From Candidatus Methanophagaceae archaeon (GTDB lineage Archaea > Halobacteriota > Syntropharchaeia > Alkanophagales > Methanospirareceae), in the NCBI GenBank assembly GCA_003194425.1, contig PQXB01000001.1, positions 280,444-312,443 on the forward strand: 32,000 nucleotides of DNA. The letters run 5' to 3'. This document shows positions 1 to 7,831 of the stretch, one piece after another. The translations under genes and the position numbers were made by a program. The notes under the pieces were generated by a model. That model was given only the letters and a program-made list of their open reading frames with translations, searched no databases and was not told the DNA's origin. Positions within the stretch are counted from its first letter, which is position 1, and the number at the start of each line of letters is the position of its first letter.

Positions 1-333
1 CTCGTAGTTTGCCTTAGTCTCGGCACCAGAAACCGCTTTTACCTCTGGAACTTCGCTGCGGTCTTGGCTCTCTACTCTTTTGAAGTCTTTCTGCTCAACA
101 CCGCAGGGAGCGTGCTGCACGAGGTTGCGCTAGCGGGAGCAAGAGCTGGGGTAGGGGCAGAGGGAGGAGGAGTGGGTGCAGCAGAGGGTTGGAAATATTT
201 TGGCTACTTGTTTGTGCTGTTAGTCCCCTTCACCGTTCTTTTCGCACGCTACGAGGAGAGCGAAGAGGGGCAGAGGAGACTAAAAAAGTTTTACGCGGGG
301 CTGCTTGAGTTAGTTGATCGTTTGTTTCAGTGA
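1..333 (+). CDS. 3' end of a membrane-protein gene (5' end outside window)
   Basis: Frame 1 is open from nt 1 to TGA at 331-333. There is a hydrophobic segment YFGYLFVLLVPFTVLF. It contains a G/A/E low-complexity stretch (AGARAGVGAEGGGVGAAEG) like those in neighbouring genes. No family recognised. Confidence 0.4.
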   Translation, partial: LVVCLSLGTRNRFYLWNFAAVLALYSFEVFLLNTAGSVLHEVALAGARAGVGAEGGGVGAAEGWKYFGYLFVLLVPFTVLFARYEESEEGQRRLKKFYAGLLELVDRLFQ

Positions 334-527
334 AACTACTTAAAGACGTAAAAGAAACTTTTAATGAAGGAGAAAAAGCAGAGAAAGAAAAATGTCAGGC
401 TCGTCTGTTTCAAGTTGGATGAGAGCGTCTGGGGGGAACGCCGTGGGAAAAATAGAAATAAGAGAGGAAAACCGAAGCGGAGAGGAAAGACGCTTTACAA
501 GTAAAAACCCTCTAAAGTCAAAAAAAA

Positions 528-542
528 ATTAGGAGGTGAAAA
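528..542 (+). promoter_or_regulatory. Shine-Dalgarno block attaggaggtgaaaa, identical to the one before the papain-like gene
   Basis: The 15-nt string attaggaggtgaaaa lies 8 nt upstream of ATG 551. The identical string occurs at 2947-2961, 6 nt upstream of ATG 2968. Both are followed by aaaaatgaaaac. Confidence 0.6.
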
Positions 543-550
543 AAGAAAAA

Positions 551-2266
551 ATGAAAACCAAAAGACTACTAAGCCTTTTAATAGTTTTTACAGTGGTGCT
601 GAGTGTAAGCGTGAGTGCAGGAACGGTCTCGGCAGCGACGCCGAACGACGGGCCAGGTTCGAGCACGAGCAGCGGTGCGTTTTCTGGAGCAGAGGTGTTG
701 GGTTTGCCGAGGAGTTTCACGCTCGAGGACAGCTTTGGCTACACTTGGGATTTGGACATCGTTTTTGGATGCGTGCTGTACGGCACAAAGACCTCGAGCA
801 TTGGGACCTACCCAGCGTACGGGTACGTATTCGGGAACGAGATGGTTCTGTGGGCTGACAACCCCGGTTCTCCCTACTCGGACAGCTTTGCCTACACCGG
901 AATGTGGAACTACAAAACAATGAAATTCGACGGAAAATGGGTCGGCTACCCAAAAGGGTCAGGCAATGTCTCAATGTGGTTTGCTAAGAGTGCGGTAGGC
1001 GAAGGAGAAGAAAAGACCTGGACGAGCGAGAATGTAGAAGAAGGACCTGACGCGGCGGCAAGTGCAGGCACAGAGACAGCGGTTGCACAACAAGCGGTTG
1101 CACAACAAAACCTCGATGCTGCGCCGAGCACTGAAGGTAGCGCTAGTGCTAGTGCGACATTCTTGATTGACGGAGAGAACGCGGAAGAAGAGATTAGCGG
1201 TCTGTTTAGTCGCGGTGCGATTTGCCTCGAAGACAGCTTTAGCTACACCTGGGATTTGGACATCCTCTACGGCTGCATCTTGTACGGCACAAAGACCTCG
1301 GGTATTGGAACTCATCCCGCGTACGGCTTCGTATTCGGCGACGAAATGTTCCTCTGGGCTGACAATCCTGGTGGGGAATATTCAGACAGCTTCGTCTACA
1401 CCGGGAAGTGGAACGCCGCGGTAACGCTCTTCAACGGAACCTGGATTAACTATCCGATGGGGTCTTCAGGCACGGTCGAAGTGTGGCCCTGCGGTGGTGG
1501 ACCAACTGAGACAGAGTACTACGCCGTAATCGCGGGCGAGGGTTACGGTTGTAGTTACGCCGACAGCGACGCCTACGATATGTACGGACTTCTTACGAGC
1601 GAGTTCAACAACAACTGGAAGAAGGAGAACGTCAGGCTGTTAGTGAGCACCGCGGACGGGACGAAACACGACTGCACACGGACAAAGATTCGGAACGGGA
1701 TTTCGTGGATGGCGAGCGAAGCGGACGAGGACGATGTTAGCCTCTTCTTCTACGCGGGGCACGGCGGTTACCAGACGGATGTGACACCACTCGACGAAAG
1801 CGACGGCAACGACGAATACATTTGCCCCGAGGGCGGGAACATTCTTGACGACGAACTCAACAACTGGTTGTCTGCGGTGCCTGGGTACAAGCTGGTCGCA
1901 CTCGACTCCTGCTTCAGCGGCGGGTTCATTAAAGCCGACGGAGCAGAGGTTAGGAGCGTGCCGGGACTGCCGAGAATTGACCGAACCGACGGTTTCAGAG
2001 AAGACCTCTGCAAGAAGGGGTTCAACGTGCACACCGCCTGCGACGAGGACGAGAGTGCCTACGGCTACGCAGCACTGAACAACGGCGTCTTCACTTACTA
2101 CCTCGTGCAGGGTCTTTACGGACCCGCAGACTCGGACAGCGACGGAGACATAGACTCGTTTGAAGCACACACCTACACAAGACCAAAAGTAATTTCGTAC
2201 ACTGGCGGCGACCAGAACCCCTGGCGCTGCGCTGGCACAACTGACCCGCTGATTTGGGTGCTGTAA
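551..2266 (+). CDS. secreted caspase-fold cysteine peptidase (C14/C13-like) with a duplicated N-terminal domain
   Basis: ATG 551 is preferred over GTG 536, which lies inside the SD. The N-terminus MKTKRLLSLLIVFTVVLSVSVSAGTVSA is a signal peptide. The C-terminal domain has the caspase-type His and Cys motifs SLFFYAGHGG and KLVALDSCFSGGF. It also has GVFTYYLVQGL..ADSDSDGDIDSFEA, typical of prokaryotic caspase-like proteins. Confidence 0.8.
   Translation: MKTKRLLSLLIVFTVVLSVSVSAGTVSAATPNDGPGSSTSSGAFSGAEVLGLPRSFTLEDSFGYTWDLDIVFGCVLYGTKTSSIGTYPAYGYVFGNEMVLWADNPGSPYSDSFAYTGMWNYKTMKFDGKWVGYPKGSGNVSMWFAKSAVGEGEEKTWTSENVEEGPDAAASAGTETAVAQQAVAQQNLDAAPSTEGSASASATFLIDGENAEEEISGLFSRGAICLEDSFSYTWDLDILYGCILYGTKTSGIGTHPAYGFVFGDEMFLWADNPGGEYSDSFVYTGKWNAAVTLFNGTWINYPMGSSGTVEVWPCGGGPTETEYYAVIAGEGYGCSYADSDAYDMYGLLTSEFNNNWKKENVRLLVSTADGTKHDCTRTKIRNGISWMASEADEDDVSLFFYAGHGGYQTDVTPLDESDGNDEYICPEGGNILDDELNNWLSAVPGYKLVALDSCFSGGFIKADGAEVRSVPGLPRIDRTDGFREDLCKKGFNVHTACDEDESAYGYAALNNGVFTYYLVQGLYGPADSDSDGDIDSFEAHTYTRPKVISYTGGDQNPWRCAGTTDPLIWVL
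722..1483 (+). repeat. internal duplication of an ~86-aa domain (copies 722-979 and 1226-1483)
   Basis: LEDSFGYTWDLDIVFGCVLYGTKTSSIGTYPAYGYVFGNEMVLWADNPGSPYSDSFAYTGMWN aligns with LEDSFSYTWDLDILYGCILYGTKTSGIGTHPAYGFVFGDEMFLWADNPGGEYSDSFVYTGKWN. The copies are 504 nt apart and clearly similar at nucleotide level. They are separated by an acidic/Ala-rich linker containing AVAQQAVAQQ. Confidence 0.9.
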
Positions 2267-2316
2267 GGCAAGAGAGTAGAACAGCAGAGAAGAGTAGAAA
2301 GGACTGTAAAAAAGAA

Positions 2317-2351
2317 GCCCGGCGTTTTTAGTTTTACTGCGCCGCGCCGGG
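2317..2351. terminator. hairpin between convergent genes
   Basis: cccggcg (2318-2324) pairs with cgccggg (2345-2351). A T5 run directly follows the first arm, and T-runs follow on both sides. It sits between the stop at 2266 (+) and the stop at 2355 (-). Confidence 0.4.
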
Positions 2352-2354
2352 TGG

Positions 2355-2861
2355 TTATTTTTTTTTGTATTTTTGGTTTTTGTATTTTTGGTATTTTTGG
2401 ATTAGAATTATTGCCGCGGTTAGGGCAGCAACTGACAAAACCGAGATTAAAACGACCTTTTTAAACTTTGTTTTAGACTCTTCCGACGGCGGTGAGGGAA
2501 TTGGGTAGGCTACTTCTACTCCCTCTGCTCCTCCTGCTCCTCTCGGGACGGCGCTGGACAAAATGCGCCCGCTCTCTTTAGCTACCCAGACTCGCACGTT
2601 CGGGTACTGCAGCCCCCGCTCCAACTGCTCGTTCGTCCACCAGTCAACCGCCCAGCAGGGAGTTGAGTTGAAGGACTCTTCGGAGACGACCGAGAAGGCG
2701 TCGGGGTGCTTTGAGAGGAGGGCAGCAGCCTCGGCAGTACTCTTCGAAATCTCCTCTGCTTCGCTCTCGGTTACCGCTGCAGCCGAGACAACTGCAACAG
2801 CGGTCGCCGCTAAGAAAATAAGGGCGAGGCACAAGACTATTTTCTCTCTTCTTTTCGGCAT
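2355..2861 (-). CDS. membrane-anchored hypothetical protein (N-terminal signal/anchor, C-terminal TM, Lys-rich tail)
   Basis: The N-terminus IVLCLALIFLAATAVAVVSAAAV is hydrophobic. The C-terminus VVLISVLSVAALTAAIILI is followed by QKYQKYKNQKYKKK, encoded by a short tandem repeat. The gene lies between two secreted peptidase genes. No family recognised. Confidence 0.55.
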   Translation of the reverse strand: MPKRREKIVLCLALIFLAATAVAVVSAAAVTESEAEEISKSTAEAAALLSKHPDAFSVVSEESFNSTPCWAVDWWTNEQLERGLQYPNVRVWVAKESGRILSSAVPRGAGGAEGVEVAYPIPSPPSEESKTKFKKVVLISVLSVAALTAAIILIQKYQKYKNQKYKKK

Positions 2862-2946
2862 AATTTTTGTAACCCTTTTTATAAAGAAGGTTCTTGCTTA
2901 AAAATATAGTTAAAGCAAAAGGCAAAACAAAAGGCAAAATAAATGC

Positions 2947-2961
2947 ATTAGGAGGTGAAAA
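2947..2961 (+). promoter_or_regulatory. Shine-Dalgarno block attaggaggtgaaaa (second copy)
   Basis: Identical to 528-542. AT-rich TATA-like sequence (aaaaatatagttaaag) lies about 50 nt upstream. Confidence 0.6.
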
Positions 2962-2967
2962 CCAAAA

Positions 2968-4971
2968 ATGAAAACAAAACAAGATGAGAAAAATAAATCA
3001 AAAGCGAAGACAAAGACAAAGGCGATTTACGCGGTGCTACTGCTGGTAGTTTTGGCGCTCGGAGTTTTAGTCGCAGTGCCAAGCGGTGCGGCAGCAGAAG
3101 AGCAGACAGCAGAAGAAAAAACGATTGCGGAGTTGCAGCAAGAGATTTACGAGCAGGGCTACAACTACACGGTCGCCGAGAACAGGATTACGAGACTTCC
3201 GGCAGAAGAGAGAGCGGCAGTCTGCGGCTACAAACCGCTGAAAGCACCCGAAGATCCTGTTCCAGACGAAAATATCAGGTTCGTTGCTGACGCACCGAGC
3301 AGTCAAGGAGCGAAAACAGAAGCAGAGGCAGAAGTCAGGGCGCCAAGTTCTTACGACGCGATGGCACTCGGATTTGTGACGCCTGTAAAAGACCAGAGTT
3401 ATCCTATTCCGTGTGGCAGTTGCTGGATCTTCGGAGCGACCGCGGAATTCGAGTCTGATGTCGCGATCGGCGAAGGAACGCTGCTTGACTTCGCGGAGCA
3501 GGAGGTCGGGGACTGCAACATTTGGTCAAGCGTCGGCGGCTACGACTTCTGCGACGGCGGGAACGCGTTTATGACCACTAACTTCTTTACCAAGCACGGC
3601 GCAGCGGACGAAGCCTGCCACCCCTACGCAGCGACACCGCAGACCTGCCAAGACTGCCCTATTCTAAAGAAAGTGGACAACTGGCGGATGATTACGGGCA
3701 GCAGCGGGGAAAGCCAAATAACGACAATCAAGAACGCGATTCTGAACTACGGACCTGTCTACTCAACAATCTACGCAAACGCAGGATTCAAGGCTTACAA
3801 CAGCGGCGTCTACGAGTACTGGGAAGCAAACGAGACGAACCACGCGATAGAAATTATCGGCTGGGACGACTCGAAAGTGCACTCGCACGGAACCGGAGCG
3901 TGGCTGATAAAGAACAGTTGGGGAACAGATTGGGGAACAGCGGGACCGTACCCGGGCTGCGCCTGGGTAGCGTACGGAGCAGCAAACCTCGGGGACTACA
4001 CGAGTGCAGTCACAGGCTACAACGACTTCAACACGGACGACGAGATTTTCTACCACGACGAGTGCGGCTGGATGGGGTGGTGCACGGGTTACGACACGCC
4101 AACAGCCTACGGAGCGGTGCGTTTCACGCCAACGCAGGACACGACACTGACCGCGGTTGACTTCTGGGCTGTTGACCCAGGAATGCAGTACGAGATAAAA
4201 ATATTCGACACCCGAAATGCAGTAGGCAGCGGAAAATACACCTTCAGCAGCCAACTCGGCATTACTCAAACAGTAACCACAAACGAGCCGGGCTACTACT
4301 CCGTGCCACTCACGACAACAGTGCCACTAACAGCAGGCGACGACTTCATCGTGCAGGTGAAAGCAACGACTACGACCGGCTGGGGCTACCCAGCACCGAT
4401 CGACTACTGCACTGACTCAGACCTGAACTGGGCGGGAATTGCAACCTCTTCAGGCGAGAGTTACGTGAGCCCTGACGGGACGGAGTTTGAGAAATACGGC
4501 ACCGGCGGGAAAGACCTCGGAATAAGAGCCAGAGCAGAGCGAGAAGCCCCGGAAGAACCAGAAATCAGCGTAGAGACAGACAAGTTCGAGTACTGCCTCG
4601 GCGAGACGATGGAAATTAAAATAGCAGTCTCAAACCCGACGAGCAGCCCAGTAACTTTGAAATGGTTCTTTGGGTCGCCCACGCTGGGAGTTTGGCTGCC
4701 GATGTACGTAGGCTCGCTGCCTGCAGGCTACGCGAACACTTTTGTAGTGCCGCTGCCCGTCGAGAAGTGGAGCGAGACGCCGTTCAGTGCGGTCTGGTAC
4801 GTGGACTTGCAGGACCCGGAAACAGGAAAAGAGTTAGCAGCGGACTGTGCGTGCTGGTCGTACGCCTACCCGTACTGCCCGAAGTGTGAGTCAGAGCCAA
4901 AGCTAACGCAGCCTTTAGAAAAAATAGCAGCAGGAAGAGAAATAGGAGAACAAATAAAAGGCTCTGCGTAA
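2968..4971 (+). CDS. secreted papain-family (C1) cysteine peptidase with large C-terminal extension
   Basis: Signal/anchor AIYAVLLLVVLALGVLVAVPSGAAA. Catalytic Cys motif DQSYPIPCGSCWIFG, His motif NHAIEIIGWD and Asn/Trp motif LIKNSWGTDWG are present. About 320 further residues are beta-rich and look like Ig-like or lectin-like domains. Confidence 0.9.
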   Translation: MKTKQDEKNKSKAKTKTKAIYAVLLLVVLALGVLVAVPSGAAAEEQTAEEKTIAELQQEIYEQGYNYTVAENRITRLPAEERAAVCGYKPLKAPEDPVPDENIRFVADAPSSQGAKTEAEAEVRAPSSYDAMALGFVTPVKDQSYPIPCGSCWIFGATAEFESDVAIGEGTLLDFAEQEVGDCNIWSSVGGYDFCDGGNAFMTTNFFTKHGAADEACHPYAATPQTCQDCPILKKVDNWRMITGSSGESQITTIKNAILNYGPVYSTIYANAGFKAYNSGVYEYWEANETNHAIEIIGWDDSKVHSHGTGAWLIKNSWGTDWGTAGPYPGCAWVAYGAANLGDYTSAVTGYNDFNTDDEIFYHDECGWMGWCTGYDTPTAYGAVRFTPTQDTTLTAVDFWAVDPGMQYEIKIFDTRNAVGSGKYTFSSQLGITQTVTTNEPGYYSVPLTTTVPLTAGDDFIVQVKATTTTGWGYPAPIDYCTDSDLNWAGIATSSGESYVSPDGTEFEKYGTGGKDLGIRARAEREAPEEPEISVETDKFEYCLGETMEIKIAVSNPTSSPVTLKWFFGSPTLGVWLPMYVGSLPAGYANTFVVPLPVEKWSETPFSAVWYVDLQDPETGKELAADCACWSYAYPYCPKCESEPKLTQPLEKIAAGREIGEQIKGSA

Positions 4972-5027
4972 CGCGCAGGCGTGCAGGCGTGCGTAGCCTT
5001 GACAAAGAAACGGACTATAAAAAGTTT

Positions 5028-5061
5028 GGGGGGTTTCATTTTCCCCCTGTTTTTATTTTTT
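5028..5061 (+). terminator. hairpin plus oligo-T tract after the papain-like gene
   Basis: gggggg (5028-5033) pairs with ccccc (5043-5047), followed by tgtttttatttttt. Confidence 0.55.
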
Positions 5062-5110
5062 ATAAGAACTTCAGATTAGAAAAACAAGAAGAACTGCAGG
5101 AGAGATAAAA

Positions 5111-5983
5111 ATGACGAAAGAGGTAGAACAGGAGAAGAGGAGAATTTTGGTGACGCTTACGCCGTCGGAATCGAAGCGGCTAATTGCGAAAGGCGTGAAG
5201 AATTTGGAAGTGGTGCAGCGAGCGTTGAAGGACGGAACGGTCGTAGTCGGGCTGGGGACTACAAACGCGTTTGTGGCAGAGGAGATTTTGAGAGGGTTAG
5301 GCGAAGAGGCGAAAATAGAAATAGAGAAGCAGCGGTACGCAGCGGGCGTCGTAACAGCAAGAGGCACCTGCATCGTCGCGAAAGCAGAGCGAGAGCGAGA
5401 TCTGATAATAAAAAAGGGCAGGGTCAGTGAAATAAGCAAAGGAGACAGGGGCGAAGAAATAAAGAACGCGGTAGAAGAGTTGTCCGCTGGCGATGTTTTT
5501 ATAAAAGGTGCGAACGCGCTGGACGCAAGCGGAACCGCAGGCGTGCTCCTGGCTCACCCCACAGGCGGCACAATCGGCTCTGCGTTGGGAACGGTACTCG
5601 CACGGGGCGTTAATTTTGTCATTCCTGTTGGCATTGAGAAGACGATTCCTTTTCCTGTTGCAGAGGCTGCGAAGCGGGTTGGAATCGAACGGTTCTACAA
5701 GTCGGCGGCAAGTGGCGGCGGTAGCGGCGTGCCCGTTGGGTTAATGCCTGTGCACGGGAAGGTGGTTACCGAGGTGGAGGCACTCAAGATTTTGGGGGCA
5801 GAGGACGCTTTCCCGTTCGCAGCGGGCGGAGTGGACGGCGGCGAGGGGTCGGTCGTCCTTTGTGCCGAGAGCGGTGAAGAGAATGCGGAGAAGTTGGAGG
5901 CGTTGGCAGCGCTCGTAGCAGAAATAAAAGGTGAACCGCCCGTGAAATTAGAGGGAGTCGCGGTGGACTGCGGTCTGCAGTAG
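5111..5983 (+). CDS. conserved-looking hypothetical protein
   Basis: 290-aa ORF with globular composition and a purine-rich SD-like sequence (gcaggagag) upstream. Motifs such as VVVGLGTTNAF, FIKGANALD and HPTGGTIG are present, but I cannot assign a family. Confidence 0.65.
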   Translation: MTKEVEQEKRRILVTLTPSESKRLIAKGVKNLEVVQRALKDGTVVVGLGTTNAFVAEEILRGLGEEAKIEIEKQRYAAGVVTARGTCIVAKAERERDLIIKKGRVSEISKGDRGEEIKNAVEELSAGDVFIKGANALDASGTAGVLLAHPTGGTIGSALGTVLARGVNFVIPVGIEKTIPFPVAEAAKRVGIERFYKSAASGGGSGVPVGLMPVHGKVVTEVEALKILGAEDAFPFAAGGVDGGEGSVVLCAESGEENAEKLEALAALVAEIKGEPPVKLEGVAVDCGLQ

Positions 5984-6001
5984 AGGAGGAAAGAGGCGAA
6001 G

Positions 6002-6580
6002 GTGAAAGAAGAAAAGACGATTGAGAGCAGGCAGATTTACGGGGGGAGAAGACTTACCCTGCGGGTTGACACCGTCTCGTTGCCGAACGGCGAGACAAGA
6101 AGGCGAGAAATTGTCTCGCATCCGGGTGCGGCGGCTGTCGTTGCTTTGGTGGGCGGCGAGGGCGAGGACGAGGGCGAGGGCAAGGACGAGGGCGAGGACA
6201 AGAGCGAGGGAAGGGAGGAGGCGAAAGTGCTGTTAGTGGAGCAGTACCGAAAGGCGGTTGAGAGCAGCACTTTGGAGATTCCCGCAGGCACGCTTGAGGA
6301 GGGCGAGTCGGCGCAGGAGTGTGCTGAGCGGGAACTGGTTGAGGAGACGGGTTTTCGTGCAGGGAAAATGGAGAGGTTGGTGGAATTTTATCCGTCGCCG
6401 GGTTTTAGCAGCGAGCTAATCTCGATCTTCAAAGCCACAGGGCTGAAGCAGGTTTCTGGGGTGGAAGCAGAGCTGTCGGTAAAGTTTGAGGGGGTGAAGG
6501 AGTTGTTGGCGAAGGTGAGGAGGGGGGAGCTAAAAGACGGCAAGACAATTGTTGGGGTTCTGAGCGTTTTATGCGAGTGA
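6002..6580 (+). CDS. NUDIX hydrolase (ADP-ribose pyrophosphatase-like)
   Basis: Complete Nudix box GTLEEGESAQECAERELVEETGF (G-x5-E-x7-REUxEExGU). GTG start with gaggagga upstream. Contains a repeat insertion GGEGEDEGEGKDEGEDKSEGREE. Confidence 0.85.
   Translation: MKEEKTIESRQIYGGRRLTLRVDTVSLPNGETRRREIVSHPGAAAVVALVGGEGEDEGEGKDEGEDKSEGREEAKVLLVEQYRKAVESSTLEIPAGTLEEGESAQECAERELVEETGFRAGKMERLVEFYPSPGFSSELISIFKATGLKQVSGVEAELSVKFEGVKELLAKVRRGELKDGKTIVGVLSVLCE
6152..6220 (+). repeat. in-frame tandem repeat (about 18-nt unit, ggcgag-based) inside the NUDIX gene
   Basis: ggcgagggcgaggacgag / ggcgagggcaaggacgag / ggcgaggacaagagcgag, encoding GEGEDE GEGKDE GEDKSE. Confidence 0.85.
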
Positions 6581-7806
6581 GGGTCGTAGTGGTGGGCTGC
6601 GGGTTTGGTGGCGTGGAGGTCGCAGGCGAGCTGCGAAAACGGGCGGCGGCACGAGGAAAGAGGAAGGAACTTGAACTCGAGGTTTTGATGCTTGATCGTA
6701 GAGCGAGGTTTGAGTACTTGGCGGCACTTCCCGAGATTTTAAGCGGGAAAGTTACGGGGGGGGAGATCTCCGCCGACTTAAGCAGATTCGCAGCGAAAAT
6801 AGGTGCGGAATTCGTGAACGAGGAGGTTGTAAATATTAATTTTGCGGCGAAGACGGTAGAGACAAAGGGAAAAAGAGCAGAAGCAGGAGAAGGAGTAGGA
6901 GAGGGAGTAGGAGAGGGAGTAGGAGAAGGAGTGGGAAGACAAATTCCCTACGACTTTCTCGTGCTCTCCGTCGGTGCAGAGCAGACATTTTTCGGAATTC
7001 CGGGGGCAGAAGAGCGGTCGCACTCGGTTAACTCCTTGAAGGGCGCGGTAGAGACGAAGAACGCACTCGACCGTCTCAAACTCAAAGGCTCAAAGAAAGT
7101 CCGCGTGGTGGTCGTGGGTGCGGGGCTGACCGGGGTTGAGGTTGCAGGAGAGTTGGTCGATTATTTTGAGGGAGTGGCTGCGGAGATTTTTCTCGTAGAG
7201 GCGGCACCGAGAATTCTGCCTGCTTTTCCCTCCGCGAATCTCGCCAGGCGTGTAGCGAAATTCCTGTCTGGCAGGGGTGTTGAAATACTGACAGGAGAGG
7301 AGGCGCAAGAAGTAAGCGAGAAGGAAGTAACCTTTAGAGACGGGTCTAAACGCCACTACGACCTGCTCCTTTGGACGGCGGGGGTAAAGCCGAACCGCCT
7401 GCTTGAGCGTCTCGAACTTCAAAAGGAGAAGGGCTGGCTGAAGGTGGATTCTTGTCTTCGCGTGGCAGGTGGCAGGGTGAAAAATGTTTTTGCGGTTGGG
7501 GACGCGGTGTGGTTCGAGAGAGGTGGTCTTCGTTCAGGTCAGAATGTAGAAGAAGCAGAGAGGCAGGGCAGAGTCGCAGCCGCGAATATTGTAAGAGCAG
7601 TAAGAGGAAGAGGAAAAGGTGGAAGAAAAGGAGGAGGCGAAAAATTGAAGCCCTACAAGCCAAAGAACACGACGCAGAACCCGCGAGCGTTTATTTCGCT
7701 TGGCGGCGACAAAGCAGTGATTTTTTTTCGCGGGCTGGCATTCGGGGTCGTTGCCTACCGGTTGAAGAAGTTCGTTGAGCGGCGGTATTTGAGGAGATTT
7801 AAGTAG
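6571..7806 (+). CDS. FAD-dependent pyridine nucleotide-disulfide oxidoreductase (type II NADH dehydrogenase-like)
   Basis: Two Rossmann motifs, VVVVGCGFGGVEVAGEL and VVVVGAGLTGVEVAGEL, plus FAVGDAV near the C-terminus. The start overlaps the NUDIX stop by 10 nt. Contains a (GEGV)4 insertion. Confidence 0.8.
   Translation: MRVRVVVVGCGFGGVEVAGELRKRAAARGKRKELELEVLMLDRRARFEYLAALPEILSGKVTGGEISADLSRFAAKIGAEFVNEEVVNINFAAKTVETKGKRAEAGEGVGEGVGEGVGEGVGRQIPYDFLVLSVGAEQTFFGIPGAEERSHSVNSLKGAVETKNALDRLKLKGSKKVRVVVVGAGLTGVEVAGELVDYFEGVAAEIFLVEAAPRILPAFPSANLARRVAKFLSGRGVEILTGEEAQEVSEKEVTFRDGSKRHYDLLLWTAGVKPNRLLERLELQKEKGWLKVDSCLRVAGGRVKNVFAVGDAVWFERGGLRSGQNVEEAERQGRVAAANIVRAVRGRGKGGRKGGGEKLKPYKPKNTTQNPRAFISLGGDKAVIFFRGLAFGVVAYRLKKFVERRYLRRFK
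6886..6936 (+). repeat. in-frame 12-nt tandem repeat x4 encoding (GEGV)4G
   Basis: ggagaaggagta ggagagggagta ggagagggagta ggagaaggagtg gga. Confidence 0.95.
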
Positions 7807-7831
7807 CACCTTATTTTTTTAAATATTATTT

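Noticed and set aside
536-550. GTG 536 as the start of the caspase-like gene
   Set aside because: The GTG is part of the ggaggtga Shine-Dalgarno sequence. ATG 551 has ideal spacing and begins the signal peptide.
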